A stretch of DNA of 61,387 nt from a virus (IMGVR_UViG_3300028103_000018:1-61387); one strand, 5' to 3'. Counted from the stretch's first letter, positions 45,115 to 53,326 are shown. The notes: a model not told the origin generated them from the letters alone. Numbers and translations: made by a program.

Positions 45115-45936
45115 CTACAGAATATCCGCAACTTCCTCGACGATGTGCCGGAACTGAACCCAGCCCTGGAAGTTCCCCTTCTGCACATCCTTGCTCGTCA
45201 GGGGACGCGCCACATGCTCGAAGGGAGACAGGTGCGGCGGCATCGCGTTCTTCAGCTTCTTGAAGAGGTCCATGTCCTTCTGTACGCTGTATGTGCCGTC
45301 GTGATTCAGGTAGGACACACGGGCGCACCGGGCAACAGACATCGCCATACAGGTGAACTTCGGCACGGAGGTCAGTTCTTCGGGCTGAATGTAGGGCAGG
45401 TGGAAGTCCCCTTCGGCCAGATGCAACGGCACGCTAGCGTCAATCGCATCGCGCATGACCCGCGCCAGTTGTCTGATCTCCGGCTGGGCATCGTGATTCA
45501 GGCGCTGCGAGAAGAAGTTCTCCCACTCCGTCGCGGAGATGATGGCCTTGTGCCAGAGAAAAGGCTCCAGCAGTCTGTTCACAACTTCCTTATGAATCCC
45601 GGCGCTTGCCATAATCCTGGCAGAGTACACTGCATTGGCGGCAGCAGATTTCCAGGCATTCTCTGCCGCCCACTTCTGCTGCACGGACACCTGCGGCCCT
45701 GACTGCATCCCAGGTTGGTTAGCGCCGAGGTAGATAGGGATGTACGGATCCTCCTCTACTTCTTGCAGGCGCTTGTGAATTGGGATGGCGCGAGAGGAAG
45801 CGGAGTTCCTGGAGAAGTCACGGTGTGTGTTGACTTGCGCCAGGATGAACCTTGGGAACTGGCACTCCATTGTGATAAGCCTAACGCCCTTAGGCGATAC
45901 AGAGTCTGCTACTACCTTTGCAGAGATTTGCTTCAA
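45115..45936 (-). CDS. thyX: FAD-dependent thymidylate synthase (ThyX/Thy1)
   Basis: NTHR.FSRNSASSRAIP, NRLLEPF, SVARCARVSY, HLSPFEHVA; TTG start after AAGGAG. Confidence 0.9.
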   Translation of the reverse strand: MKQISAKVVADSVSPKGVRLITMECQFPRFILAQVNTHRDFSRNSASSRAIPIHKRLQEVEEDPYIPIYLGANQPGMQSGPQVSVQQKWAAENAWKSAAANAVYSARIMASAGIHKEVVNRLLEPFLWHKAIISATEWENFFSQRLNHDAQPEIRQLARVMRDAIDASVPLHLAEGDFHLPYIQPEELTSVPKFTCMAMSVARCARVSYLNHDGTYSVQKDMDLFKKLKNAMPPHLSPFEHVARPLTSKDVQKGNFQGWVQFRHIVEEVADIL

Positions 45937-46166
45937 GTGTTTGATTCTCCTTGTGTTTTGAAAGCGCCTGATATACATCCTAGCACTCTTATGGCATGTT
46001 CGGCTTCGACTGCGGTGGTGTCTGCGTAGGTTTCGGGGCTGAAATTATCGCCCGGCATGATGAAGTAGTCCTGAAGTTCGTCGTTGTGAATGACGTACAA
46101 ATTCTCTCCCCCCTCAAAGATCCACGACCTTATCTCGTCAAACTCTTTCCCTCTAAACGCAGGCAC
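45933..46166 (-). CDS. Paralogue array member 9
   Basis: IRSWIF...TTAVEAEHAIRVL. Confidence 0.65.
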   Translation of the reverse strand: MPAFRGKEFDEIRSWIFEGGENLYVIHNDELQDYFIMPGDNFSPETYADTTAVEAEHAIRVLGCISGAFKTQGESNT

Positions 46167-46374
46167 AGTCGGAGGCCTCCAGTTTTAGAATCCGCTTGGC
46201 GTGGTTGTACTCTTCTTCTGTGATATTGCAGGACTGGTCAGCCTGCTCCCATGTCCTTGGCGATATGCATGGAGGAATTCCTGCATTAGAACCAGGACAT
46301 AGCCACACGCCCTCCCCGCCATCAAACATGTACGCCCTGATCCTCTCGGCATTTGGTCCTTCAAACGTAGGCAT
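46153..46374 (-). CDS. Paralogue array member 8
   Basis: IRAYMF...ITEEEYNHAKRIL. Confidence 0.65.
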   Translation of the reverse strand: MPTFEGPNAERIRAYMFDGGEGVWLCPGSNAGIPPCISPRTWEQADQSCNITEEEYNHAKRILKLEASDCACV

Positions 46375-46648
46375 GTTCCCTCGCAAGCGCCTCTAGTACC
46401 GTCTTGGCGTACACACCTTCCTTGTCCCGGCACACAACGCCCAGGTGATCCCGGTTCGGCCCGTGCAGGGTGAAGTGATCTGAGTGCCGCATTCCCTTTG
46501 CCCAGATCCTGTGGCACCCGTGCCAAGTGCCGTGGATGAGCAGCATGTCAGATGGTTGCGGGCAGAAGTAGGCTGTGATCTTCAGTGCCACAAGCCTTTC
46601 CGGCGCTGGACCAAACAAGGGCCTACGACTTTGAGGCAGTGTACTCAT
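46361..46648 (-). CDS. Paralogue array member 7
   Basis: ITAYF...CRDKEGVYAKTVL; SD AAGGAG. Confidence 0.6.
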   Translation of the reverse strand: MSTLPQSRRPLFGPAPERLVALKITAYFCPQPSDMLLIHGTWHGCHRIWAKGMRHSDHFTLHGPNRDHLGVVCRDKEGVYAKTVLEALAREHAYV

Positions 46649-46832
46649 ATCCGAACCATGCTCCTTCTGTGGACATTATCTTCGCTGCGTGGGTCCATTC
46701 GTCTCCGTACATGGGGGCCTCGTTAAAGGAATCGAACATTCCAGCGGAGTCCATGTAGAAGGTATTGGCTTCGGAGTCAGGCCCCCACATCAAGCGGGTA
46801 GCGGTCTTTACGATAGCGCCGGAGTACTTCAA
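46623..46832 (-). CDS. Paralogue array member 6
   Basis: ATRLMW...MYGDEWTHAAKIM. Confidence 0.6.
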   Translation of the reverse strand: MKYSGAIVKTATRLMWGPDSEANTFYMDSAGMFDSFNEAPMYGDEWTHAAKIMSTEGAWFGYEYTASKS

Positions 46833-47044
46833 GCTACTTCAACTCCATGCCTGTTTATGGCGTCGAATAGGGCGTTGATGTAGCCACGTTCTTTGGTTGT
46901 GATGCTGATAAACCCAGGGTGCAGATGCCTACGAGACGTACTGCATCGGTGGTCGTACCAGTTCGGCATATCATAGTAGAGCCTGCGGATCTTCTCAGAC
47001 TCCACAAAGTCGTAGATCTCATCGTCGTAGATCTCATCCGCCAT
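46829..47044 (-). CDS. Paralogue array member 5
   Basis: IRRLYY...ITTKERGYINALF; SD GGAGG. Confidence 0.65.
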   Translation of the reverse strand: MADEIYDDEIYDFVESEKIRRLYYDMPNWYDHRCSTSRRHLHPGFISITTKERGYINALFDAINRHGVEVA

Positions 47045-47321
47045 CGTTGTCCTCCGTGTAGCGCCAGTGTTTGAAGACGTTGAATATGTACCGATGTTCC
47101 CTTGGGGTCAGTTCGATTGCATCCCACGAGAGGTCCAGCCAGGGTGGAAGGGATGTTACGTCAGGCGTGAACCCGGTGCCTTCCTCCCTCTCTCCAGCGC
47201 CATAGAGACAGATGATGTAGTCGTCTGCTGATATCATAAAGTCGTCCAGTAGCTCGATGTCCTCCGCAGTCATAAGCCTTGCGAGGCGAGAGTTGGTGGC
47301 GCGGTCCAGCGGCTTAATCAT
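47034..47321 (-). CDS. Paralogue array member 4
   Basis: LARLM...LTPREHRYIFNVF. Confidence 0.65.
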   Translation of the reverse strand: MIKPLDRATNSRLARLMTAEDIELLDDFMISADDYIICLYGAGEREEGTGFTPDVTSLPPWLDLSWDAIELTPREHRYIFNVFKHWRYTEDNDGG

Positions 47322-47523
47322 TCTCTCTCTCCAGCGCCAGGAAGATTCGGCAGGAGTGATCCATCTCCCTATCCCCCACAAGCTCGTCGCTCATTACATC
47401 GTGCATTCCGGGGATAATCTTGTCGGCCAGCATCATTGCGGCGGCTCTCTTGAAGTACCCATCGGGGTGGGAAAAGAAGTACTGGATGGTCACATCGCTC
47501 CAATCTATTTGTTTGTGGGTCAA
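47314..47523 (-). CDS. Paralogue array member 3
   Basis: IQYFF...VGDREMDHSCRIF; SD AAGGAG. Confidence 0.65.
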   Translation of the reverse strand: MTHKQIDWSDVTIQYFFSHPDGYFKRAAAMMLADKIIPGMHDVMSDELVGDREMDHSCRIFLALEREND

Positions 47524-47786
47524 TGACTTAGCTCCTTCGGTAGTCCATCCTCGTTCATAGCGCGGATCAGCTTGACAGCATACTTTACTTCAGGCACTGT
47601 GGCTTCGTGTAGGCTCATGTAGGTGCTGTCGATCCAGGCATACTTCTCGCTTGCGTATGCCAACAGCTTGTCTCTCGTGTACCTGCCTTCCGTGAAGCCT
47701 TCTTTATCCGGCATCTGGCAGAAGAGGTGTGACAGTACGGCAGAGTCTGGAATGCTCTGTAGCGCCGCTTTGATTTCTCGGGGCAT
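47520..47786 (-). CDS. Paralogue array member 2
   Basis: LSHLF...ATVPEVKYAVKLI; SD AAAGGA. Confidence 0.65.
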   Translation of the reverse strand: MPREIKAALQSIPDSAVLSHLFCQMPDKEGFTEGRYTRDKLLAYASEKYAWIDSTYMSLHEATVPEVKYAVKLIRAMNEDGLPKELSH

Positions 47787-47787
47787 G

Positions 47788-48051
47788 TCAGATTCCTTTC
47801 GGCAGGCCGTTGGAGTTGATCTTTCCGATGAGCAGGCAGGTGTGCCGGAATTCACTGGCGCTGATGGTGATGCCAATCTCAGTCCAGTCGGGACTGTACA
47901 GGTAGAAGGACTCGCTGCCAAGGTACTCTACCCTCTCAACCCCAACAGCATCATAAAGGCGACTGCCCTGGTATCCGCCAGCGCATGCGCTAAACAGCCT
48001 GCCTATCCGGTAAGAATCTCCTTCGTACTTTAGGCGTGCCAATCTCTGCAT
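47788..48051 (-). CDS. Paralogue array member 1 (leaderless)
   Basis: IGRLF...ISASEFRHTCLLI. Confidence 0.6.
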   Translation of the reverse strand: MQRLARLKYEGDSYRIGRLFSACAGGYQGSRLYDAVGVERVEYLGSESFYLYSPDWTEIGITISASEFRHTCLLIGKINSNGLPKGI

Positions 48052-48057
48052 GCACAC

Positions 48058-48086
48058 AGTATACAGAGGTGTGGCGCTGTGTGCAA
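48058..48086 (-). promoter_or_regulatory. Promoter for the paralogue array/thyX/tRNA unit
   Basis: TTGCAC-N17-TATACT-N6-ATG. Confidence 0.65.
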
Positions 48087-48320
48087 GGGGGTGGTGTGTG
48101 GACAGAAAAAGGGGCGGCGGACGAGGGGACCGCTTGCTGTCGGGAGCATGTTGTAAGAATGTGCCGTGTGTGCAAGGGACCCTGAGATGAAGGGGGTGGT
48201 GTTCTGTGTTCAGGGTCCCGGTGGGTGGAAGGGGCTAGGGAGAAAGGGGTGGGGGGTGTGTTTTTAGGAGGTGATGGAATGAGTGGAATGCTATGCATAG
48301 CACAGCACAGCGCACCCGGC

Positions 48321-48923
48321 CTACTCCCCCTCCCCGCCCCCGGTGGGGGTCTCCGTATCCCCCATATCGCTTGAGGGTAGCTGGGTGCATTCGGTGTCCA
48401 AAGTTGGACCGCTGGAGTCTTCAGCGCCTACGATAGGCGATGAAAGCCCTAGCAAAGATTGGAGTCTTGCCGCAAGGGTATCCACCATCGCGCCGGATAG
48501 CGCGGTATTCACCTCATTTGCTTGTGGCTCTTCGAACACGGAAGCATATCGCGTGCGACCAACCAGTTCTAAGGCTTTCAGTCGGGTGATGTCTGATTCA
48601 GTCTCACTGGCGGTTCGTGTCAATCCATCCATGACGAATGTTTGTAGCTTCTGTTTGTTCTCCCACCAGCGCGCAGTTCTCTCCGCCTCCATTGCATCCA
48701 TTGCTAGTTTGACGCTAGTCGCCTGCGAAGTCTTTACCGCGTTCGTTTGTAGCCCCTTCAAACTACTACCCTTGTAGTTGTAAGCCTGTCTGTAAGCCTC
48801 AGCTTTGCTCAACCCACCATAGACCAACCCCTCGGCAAACTTGCGCTGTTTAGGCGTCAACCGCGCCAATATCTCATTCACCTTCAATCGCTTACCGTCC
48901 GCATGTACTCTCGTTTGCGCCAT
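48321..48923 (-). CDS. terS: Terminase small subunit
   Basis: LTPKQRKFA.G...G....EAYRQAY HTH and D..RLKALEL.G motif. Confidence 0.7.
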   Translation of the reverse strand: MAQTRVHADGKRLKVNEILARLTPKQRKFAEGLVYGGLSKAEAYRQAYNYKGSSLKGLQTNAVKTSQATSVKLAMDAMEAERTARWWENKQKLQTFVMDGLTRTASETESDITRLKALELVGRTRYASVFEEPQANEVNTALSGAMVDTLAARLQSLLGLSSPIVGAEDSSGPTLDTECTQLPSSDMGDTETPTGGGEGE

Positions 48924-49038
48924 ACGTCTATTCTACCCCTACACGTGCATATGCACTCATCCCCCATTCCCGTTCCTATCAAATTGCGTGCGCACGCACA
49001 CACATTCTATTTTCCACCCGTAAACCGTTGATTCTACA

Positions 49039-49054
49039 TGTCCAAATTTGGACA
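49039..49054. promoter_or_regulatory. Perfect 16-bp palindrome TGTCCAAATTTGGACA, copy 1
   Basis: Also at 49808, 50095, 51038 and 54449; variants at 50216 and 48395. Confidence 0.85.
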
Positions 49055-49086
49055 AAAAATAAATCAGAAAATATCGCATCAACCCA

Positions 49087-49116
49087 TTGACACCATAAAC
49101 CACTATCGCTTACCAT
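49087..49116 (+). promoter_or_regulatory. Early sigma70 promoter
   Basis: TTGACA-N18-TACCAT. Confidence 0.6.
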
Positions 49117-49166
49117 GGGTTTGTTGGCACACGGTGCTACATCAAACCAAACCAAGGACACTCACA

Positions 49167-49793
49167 ATGAACACCAATTACCTGCTCACCTCTACCCCCC
49201 CTTCCGCCAAGGAGAATTACGAAATCATTCGGTCTAAGCAGGCCGAAAAAGCCGCGAACTTCATTGATTGCGCTATTGCGGTCTTTTGGATCAGAGAACT
49301 AAAGCAGTATGAGCAGTTGGGGTTCACGCGCCTTGAAGTCTTCCTCGCGTCACAAGGAATAGAAATGAGCAAGGCCGATTATCACAATAAGGCCAATCTT
49401 GGCGAGATGTTGCGTTGGATTAACGCAACCCGCGAAGAGTTGGTAGATTGCGGCCCTTCCGCACTTCAGGAAATTTCCCGCCTAGCCAAAGGCAAAGGCA
49501 TGGCGGAAAAGAACAGGGCCGCTATTTGCCGCCTAATCAATGGAAAGGCGAAGGGGCTGCTAGATGTAGATCAGGTCAAAGAACAGGTTCGGGCGATCTT
49601 GGGCGGCGACAAAAAACAGGCGGATTCCACCCCCAAGCCCCCCGCCGCCCCGGCCCCCGTCGAAACCGAAGACAACACCGACGAAACCGCGCCCACCTCT
49701 ACCGATTGGCGCACCAAGTACCGCGCCATGCTGGGACGCGCGGCCGACGAGGCCGACTTCCTCGCGATGTTGGCCGACCTGCGGGGGGAGTAA
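49167..49793 (+). CDS. Putative DNA-binding protein (DUF3102-like)
   Basis: IRELKQYEQLGF..LE.FL...GI.MS....Y pattern; Pro/Thr-rich tail; flanked by palindromes. Confidence 0.5.
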   Translation: MNTNYLLTSTPPSAKENYEIIRSKQAEKAANFIDCAIAVFWIRELKQYEQLGFTRLEVFLASQGIEMSKADYHNKANLGEMLRWINATREELVDCGPSALQEISRLAKGKGMAEKNRAAICRLINGKAKGLLDVDQVKEQVRAILGGDKKQADSTPKPPAAPAPVETEDNTDETAPTSTDWRTKYRAMLGRAADEADFLAMLADLRGE

Positions 49794-49807
49794 CTCCCCC
49801 CTTCAAG

Positions 49808-49823
49808 TGTCCAAATTTGGACA
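49808..49823. promoter_or_regulatory. 16-bp palindrome, copy 2
   Basis: TGTCCAAATTTGGACA just upstream of an RBS. Confidence 0.85.
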
Positions 49824-49836
49824 AACAGGAGACAAG

Positions 49837-50028
49837 ATGAGACTAGAAAAAGCGGAAAAGATCAAACAACTGGCCCTCGAAGTCCACAAGACAGTGGCAA
49901 GGATGTCTGCACTCGAAGGCGCAGAATGCAGGAGTAAGGCGTCCGCAGAGAGGGCAGAAGAGCGCCTCATGGAGCTAGAGCGCAAGCTGAATGAAGCTAT
50001 GCGCCAACTACACTCTATGACGTACTAG
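49837..50028 (+). CDS. Small coiled-coil protein
   Basis: SD AGGAG. Confidence 0.65.
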   Translation: MRLEKAEKIKQLALEVHKTVARMSALEGAECRSKASAERAEERLMELERKLNEAMRQLHSMTY

Positions 50029-50091
50029 TCGAAACGCGGGCTATGCCCGCTTCTACGGGAATTAGCCTACCCGTACTGATGAGACAGGCTA
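50028..50091 (+). ncRNA. Type II hammerhead ribozyme 1 with pseudoknot
   Basis: GTC-GAAA-stem III-TTC, stem I TACGGG/CCCGTA, CTGATGA, GAC; loop TAGCCT pairs with 3' AGGCTA; predicted cut after 50053. Confidence 0.85.
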
Positions 50092-50094
50092 GAG

Positions 50095-50110
50095 TGTCCA
50101 AATTTGGACA
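50095..50110. promoter_or_regulatory. 16-bp palindrome, copy 3
   Basis: TGTCCAAATTTGGACA. Confidence 0.85.
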
Positions 50111-50145
50111 AACATGGTAGGGCGTGAACAAACTCCATGCCCTAC

Positions 50146-50175
50146 TTGACAAATAAACTATCAGTGTGTTACACT
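50146..50175 (+). promoter_or_regulatory. Early sigma70 promoter
   Basis: TTGACA-N18-TACACT with TGn; palindrome variant TGTCCAAAATTGGACA at 50216-50231. Confidence 0.7.
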
Positions 50176-50249
50176 GTAGTTAACAGTGGCACAGACCGCT
50201 GAACAACAAGCTGAGTGTCCAAAATTGGACACGCGATAGGAGACAAGTT

Positions 50250-50981
50250 ATGAAGTACACCGCTGGATTCAGCAAATTGCTGACCTATGGCACGGCGAAG
50301 ATCGACAAGTCCCGCGCCAACTCAAACGTGTGGGAGGGCGTGGTTTACATGTCCCCTGCGGACGAGTCTGTCCCGTACGGTGGCGCGAATATGTGCGCCA
50401 ACGCTACGGTGGGTTGCAAGTCCCTGTGCCTGGGCAAGTATGCGGGACGCATGCATATGCCCAATGCCATGCGGGCGCGGCTCAATCGCACGTTCCTGTA
50501 CTTGCGGGAACGCGACAGATTCTATGCCCAGCTGGGCAAAGAGATCGACGCGCACGTCCGGCGCTGCCGCCGGAAGGGTATGCGTCCCGCCATCCGGCCT
50601 AACGGGGCGCAGGATCTGCGAGGACTAGGCGCGTGGGTGGCGCGGTACTGCGCGAAAAAGTACGGGAACGAGGTCGCGGTTTACGATTACACAAAGATCG
50701 CGCCGTCCCAGATCGACGGCTACCACCTCACCTACAGCCACTCCGAGCGCCCGGAATCCTTGCGCGTGTCCCTCGATTGGCTGGCGCGTGGCGGTAGCGT
50801 GGCGGTAGTTTTCGCCGTCCGCAAGGGCCAACCGCTACCAGAATCCTGGCACGGATACCCTGTCATCGACGGGGACAAGTCGGACGCGAGGTTTATGGAC
50901 GCGCCCGGTTCCGTAGTCGGTCTGCGGATCAAGGGGAGCTTCAAGAAGGCCATCGGCAACCCGTTTGTGGTTCTAGCGTAG
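50250..50981 (+). CDS. Gp88-family Cys-rich protein
   Basis: C.NAT.GC..LCL, RPNG..D, YDYTK, YHLT.S, VIDGD.SD.RF.D..G.VVGL. Confidence 0.75.
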   Translation: MKYTAGFSKLLTYGTAKIDKSRANSNVWEGVVYMSPADESVPYGGANMCANATVGCKSLCLGKYAGRMHMPNAMRARLNRTFLYLRERDRFYAQLGKEIDAHVRRCRRKGMRPAIRPNGAQDLRGLGAWVARYCAKKYGNEVAVYDYTKIAPSQIDGYHLTYSHSERPESLRVSLDWLARGGSVAVVFAVRKGQPLPESWHGYPVIDGDKSDARFMDAPGSVVGLRIKGSFKKAIGNPFVVLA

Positions 50982-51037
50982 CGCCGGATGTATAGGGTAG
51001 GCGCGTGCCTACCCTTACCAGAGTGTCCAATCGAAGA

Positions 51038-51053
51038 TGTCCAAATTTGGACA
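51038..51053. promoter_or_regulatory. 16-bp palindrome, copy 4 (extra half-site at 51024)
   Basis: TGTCCAAATTTGGACA upstream of an RBS. Confidence 0.85.
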
Positions 51054-51075
51054 AACCAAACCTCAGGAGAATACC

Positions 51076-51354
51076 ATGCCTACCCTCACCCCTTCCCTCG
51101 AAACGCCAATGCGGCGCGCCATCAACAAAAACCTTCTCAAGTCTATCGCCGGGCAGCTGATCTTCTGCCCCGTCTGTAGCGACATTATGGACTACCGCCG
51201 CACCGTGGCCGTGTCATTCATGCGCGGGGACAACCCCGTGGCAACTAAGGGTTGCTGCGGCAGCTGTTTTGATGACGTGATGCGCGGCAATGCCGAACGC
51301 ATCGCGCAGGAACATAACCTGACCCTCGATATCGTCGACGGGCGCGCCAAGTAA
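51076..51354 (+). CDS. Zn-ribbon hypothetical protein
   Basis: CPVC...CCGSC; SD AGGAG. Confidence 0.7.
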   Translation: MPTLTPSLETPMRRAINKNLLKSIAGQLIFCPVCSDIMDYRRTVAVSFMRGDNPVATKGCCGSCFDDVMRGNAERIAQEHNLTLDIVDGRAK

Positions 51355-51381
51355 CAGAACCAAACCAAACCAGGAGTGTAT

Positions 51382-51705
51382 ATGTACATCATCATCTCGC
51401 GGCACCCTGCCGCTATCGAGTTCATCCGCGCCAACGATGCGCGATTTCTGGCGGCACCCGTCATCACGGGCAACGCCACGCCCGACGATGTGCGGGGCAA
51501 GGTCGTAGCGGGTAATATCCCGCTATCCCTCGCATCAATGGCGGATGAGGTGGTAGCCGTCGAGTTTGACGGCGCGCCTCCGCGCGGGGCGGAGTACACC
51601 GCCGCCGACATGGTCGCCGCTGGTGCGCGTCTGGAAGCGTATGTGGTCAAGCGCAGCATCGCGTTCGACTACTGCGTGACGCACTCTCGCAGCGATGGGT
51701 ACTAG
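51382..51705 (+). CDS. Csx16 (Cas_VVA1548)-like protein, putative cOA ring nuclease
   Basis: ISRHPAAIEF...GKVVAGNIPLSLA...PRGAEYTA.DM...GARLEAYVV matches the Csx16 pattern SRH.GA.EW...G.LP..LA...RG.EL......GARL..Y.V as recalled. Confidence 0.75.
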   Translation: MYIIISRHPAAIEFIRANDARFLAAPVITGNATPDDVRGKVVAGNIPLSLASMADEVVAVEFDGAPPRGAEYTAADMVAAGARLEAYVVKRSIAFDYCVTHSRSDGY

Positions 51706-51768
51706 GTCGAAACACGGGGGTTCCCGTGTCTGTGAGGGATAGCCTCCTCACACTGAAGAGACAGGCTA
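51706..51768 (+). ncRNA. Type II hammerhead ribozyme 2 with pseudoknot
   Basis: GTC-GAAA-CACGGG/CCCGTG-TC, stem I TGTGAGG/CCTCACA, CTGAAGA, GAC; pseudoknot TAGCCT/AGGCTA; GUC site, cut after 51730. Confidence 0.92.
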
Positions 51769-51778
51769 GGAGGGTTGC

Positions 51779-51940
51779 ATGAAAGCCAAACCGTGGAGAG
51801 TTATCTCCACTGCCGATCAGGACGGCAGAAACCACACCATCAGCATCTTGGGGCCTGGAGAACTGACCCCTGACGATGCGTTCGTTATGTTCCAGTGCGA
51901 CACCCTCGAGGACGCCATCCTCGCCATGGAGGAGGAGTAA
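51779..51940 (+). CDS. Small acidic hypothetical protein (53 aa)
   Basis: SD GGAGG immediately after the ribozyme. Confidence 0.6.
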   Translation: MKAKPWRVISTADQDGRNHTISILGPGELTPDDAFVMFQCDTLEDAILAMEEE

Positions 51941-52120
51941 ATGTATCGCTTGCAGATGAAATCAGGTGTCAAGCGCGACACCTGGAAAGACAGTAGCGGG
52001 TCGGGGTCTATCAGCAGTCTGAAAGACATTTGCACCGTTTGTCGGATGGACTACCGGATCATCGACGGTAGAGGAAAAGTGGTATGGGCCGATCTGTGGC
52101 CTAAAAAGGGGAGAAAATAA
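51941..52120 (+). CDS. Small hypothetical protein (59 aa)
   Basis: SD GGAGGAG; abuts both neighbours. Confidence 0.6.
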   Translation: MYRLQMKSGVKRDTWKDSSGSGSISSLKDICTVCRMDYRIIDGRGKVVWADLWPKKGRK

Positions 52121-52371
52121 TGTACATCAAAACTTTCGACGGCGCTGCCGTCATCTTCTGCGAAGAGCAGGACCGCACCTGCTCTCACCCGGACGGTCAC
52201 GAGTTGAACCAAGACCGGGGCGCTCTCAACGGGGAGTACGGAAGCTACTGCATCCACTGCTCCCACTATGTCGGGCGGGTCGAGTACTTCAGCGCGGCCA
52301 ACGGTGCCGAAGAGGCCCAGGCCTACGCCCAGGTCATGCTGGGCGCTACCGGACCTGTTGAGGTGCGGTAA
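52120..52371 (+). CDS. Cys/His-rich hypothetical protein
   Basis: TAATG coupling; CSHPDGH..CIHC. Confidence 0.6.
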   Translation: MYIKTFDGAAVIFCEEQDRTCSHPDGHELNQDRGALNGEYGSYCIHCSHYVGRVEYFSAANGAEEAQAYAQVMLGATGPVEVR

Positions 52372-52401
52372 GCGTCCAGCATTACTGGGAGTAAATCTAT
52401 T

Positions 52402-52596
52402 ATGTACATGACACAAGCGGAGCTGGCTTTAGCAGAGCGTACAGCCAATATCCTCGCAGAACTCATTAGCTCTATCGAGTCTCGTGATCCCGGGCACAGG
52501 GAGATCGCCGTCCTAAAAGATGCATACGGGAGTATTACACACGCCGCAGTGCGCGGCATTCCCCGAGTCAACGTGGAAGAGGTGCGCCATGCGTAA
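52402..52596 (+). CDS. Hypothetical protein
   Basis: SD GGAG; operon context. Confidence 0.55.
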   Translation: MYMTQAELALAERTANILAELISSIESRDPGHREIAVLKDAYGSITHAAVRGIPRVNVEEVRHA

Positions 52597-52801
52597 TCCA
52601 CCTCTCGACGCTGAAGTCTGCCGCGAGATCGTGCGCGAGATCCTCGACGAAGAGGGTCCGCTCACGGTCGGGCAGCTTGCCATCCGCATGGGGCGCGTGT
52701 TCCAGGTGAACACCGCTTACCTTGCGATGACACTGTGCAAGAAGCGCAGTGGGTTCGTGATCGACAACGGCATCGTATATGCCACGCGCCGGGGAAAGTA
52801 A
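52589..52801 (+). CDS. Small winged-helix-like protein
   Basis: IVREILDEEGPLTVGQLA pattern; SD GAGG. Confidence 0.55.
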   Translation: MRNPPLDAEVCREIVREILDEEGPLTVGQLAIRMGRVFQVNTAYLAMTLCKKRSGFVIDNGIVYATRRGK

Positions 52802-52811
52802 AGGAGAACAA

Positions 52812-52985
52812 GTGACCAGGAAGAATGCGCGATTCAGCATCTCCGAGATCGAGGATGCAGATGGAAACATAACAGAGTGGATCGTGTCCGACAGTGAGAA
52901 CGATTACGACCCGGTGTCTTTCGGCTCAGAGCAAGAGGCGCTGGATGAGGTAGAAACGCTAATGGAATCGGAGGGTATCAAATGA
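52812..52985 (+). CDS. Small acidic protein
   Basis: GTG start after AAGGAG; D/E-rich. Confidence 0.6.
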   Translation: MTRKNARFSISEIEDADGNITEWIVSDSENDYDPVSFGSEQEALDEVETLMESEGIK

Positions 52986-53101
52986 AGTGCCGTGTGTTCA
53001 AAACGATGGAGCGGTACGACTCTGTCGTAAAAGATGTGTTAGGGTATACGTTGTGGGCGCTGCTGTTCGCAGCAGTGATCTACATGAGTTTCAAGGCATA
53101 G
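52982..53101 (+). CDS. Small membrane protein (39 aa)
   Basis: ATGA overlap; hydrophobic VLGYTLWALLFAAVIYMSF. Confidence 0.45.
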   Translation: MKCRVFKTMERYDSVVKDVLGYTLWALLFAAVIYMSFKA

Positions 53102-53110
53102 GAGAGTACG

Positions 53111-53326
53111 GTGAAACGAGTCAGCATCACGATTCAATCCTGTGGGCGCTGCCCACACTACGGGGAGACGTATATCCCCTACCCCAACGGGCGCGGACAC
53201 CTAGCAGAGTGCCGCAACTTCCCCGCCCCTGTCCTGATCCAGCGGCCCGACGAAGAACACGGGCCGTTCCCCGAGTGGTGTCCGCTGGACGCTGCGCCAG
53301 AGGCTTCGCTGAAGAGCGCCGAGTAA
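53111..53326 (+). CDS. Cys-containing hypothetical protein
   Basis: I.SC..CP.Y...C...FPEWCPL motif; SD AGGAG. Confidence 0.65.
   Translation: MKRVSITIQSCGRCPHYGETYIPYPNGRGHLAECRNFPAPVLIQRPDEEHGPFPEWCPLDAAPEASLKSAE

Noticed and set aside
49038-51075. ORF-track N-termini starting MSKFGQ
   Set aside because: Artefact of the palindrome creating ATG/GTG-TCC-AAA-TTT-GGA; true starts follow downstream SDs.
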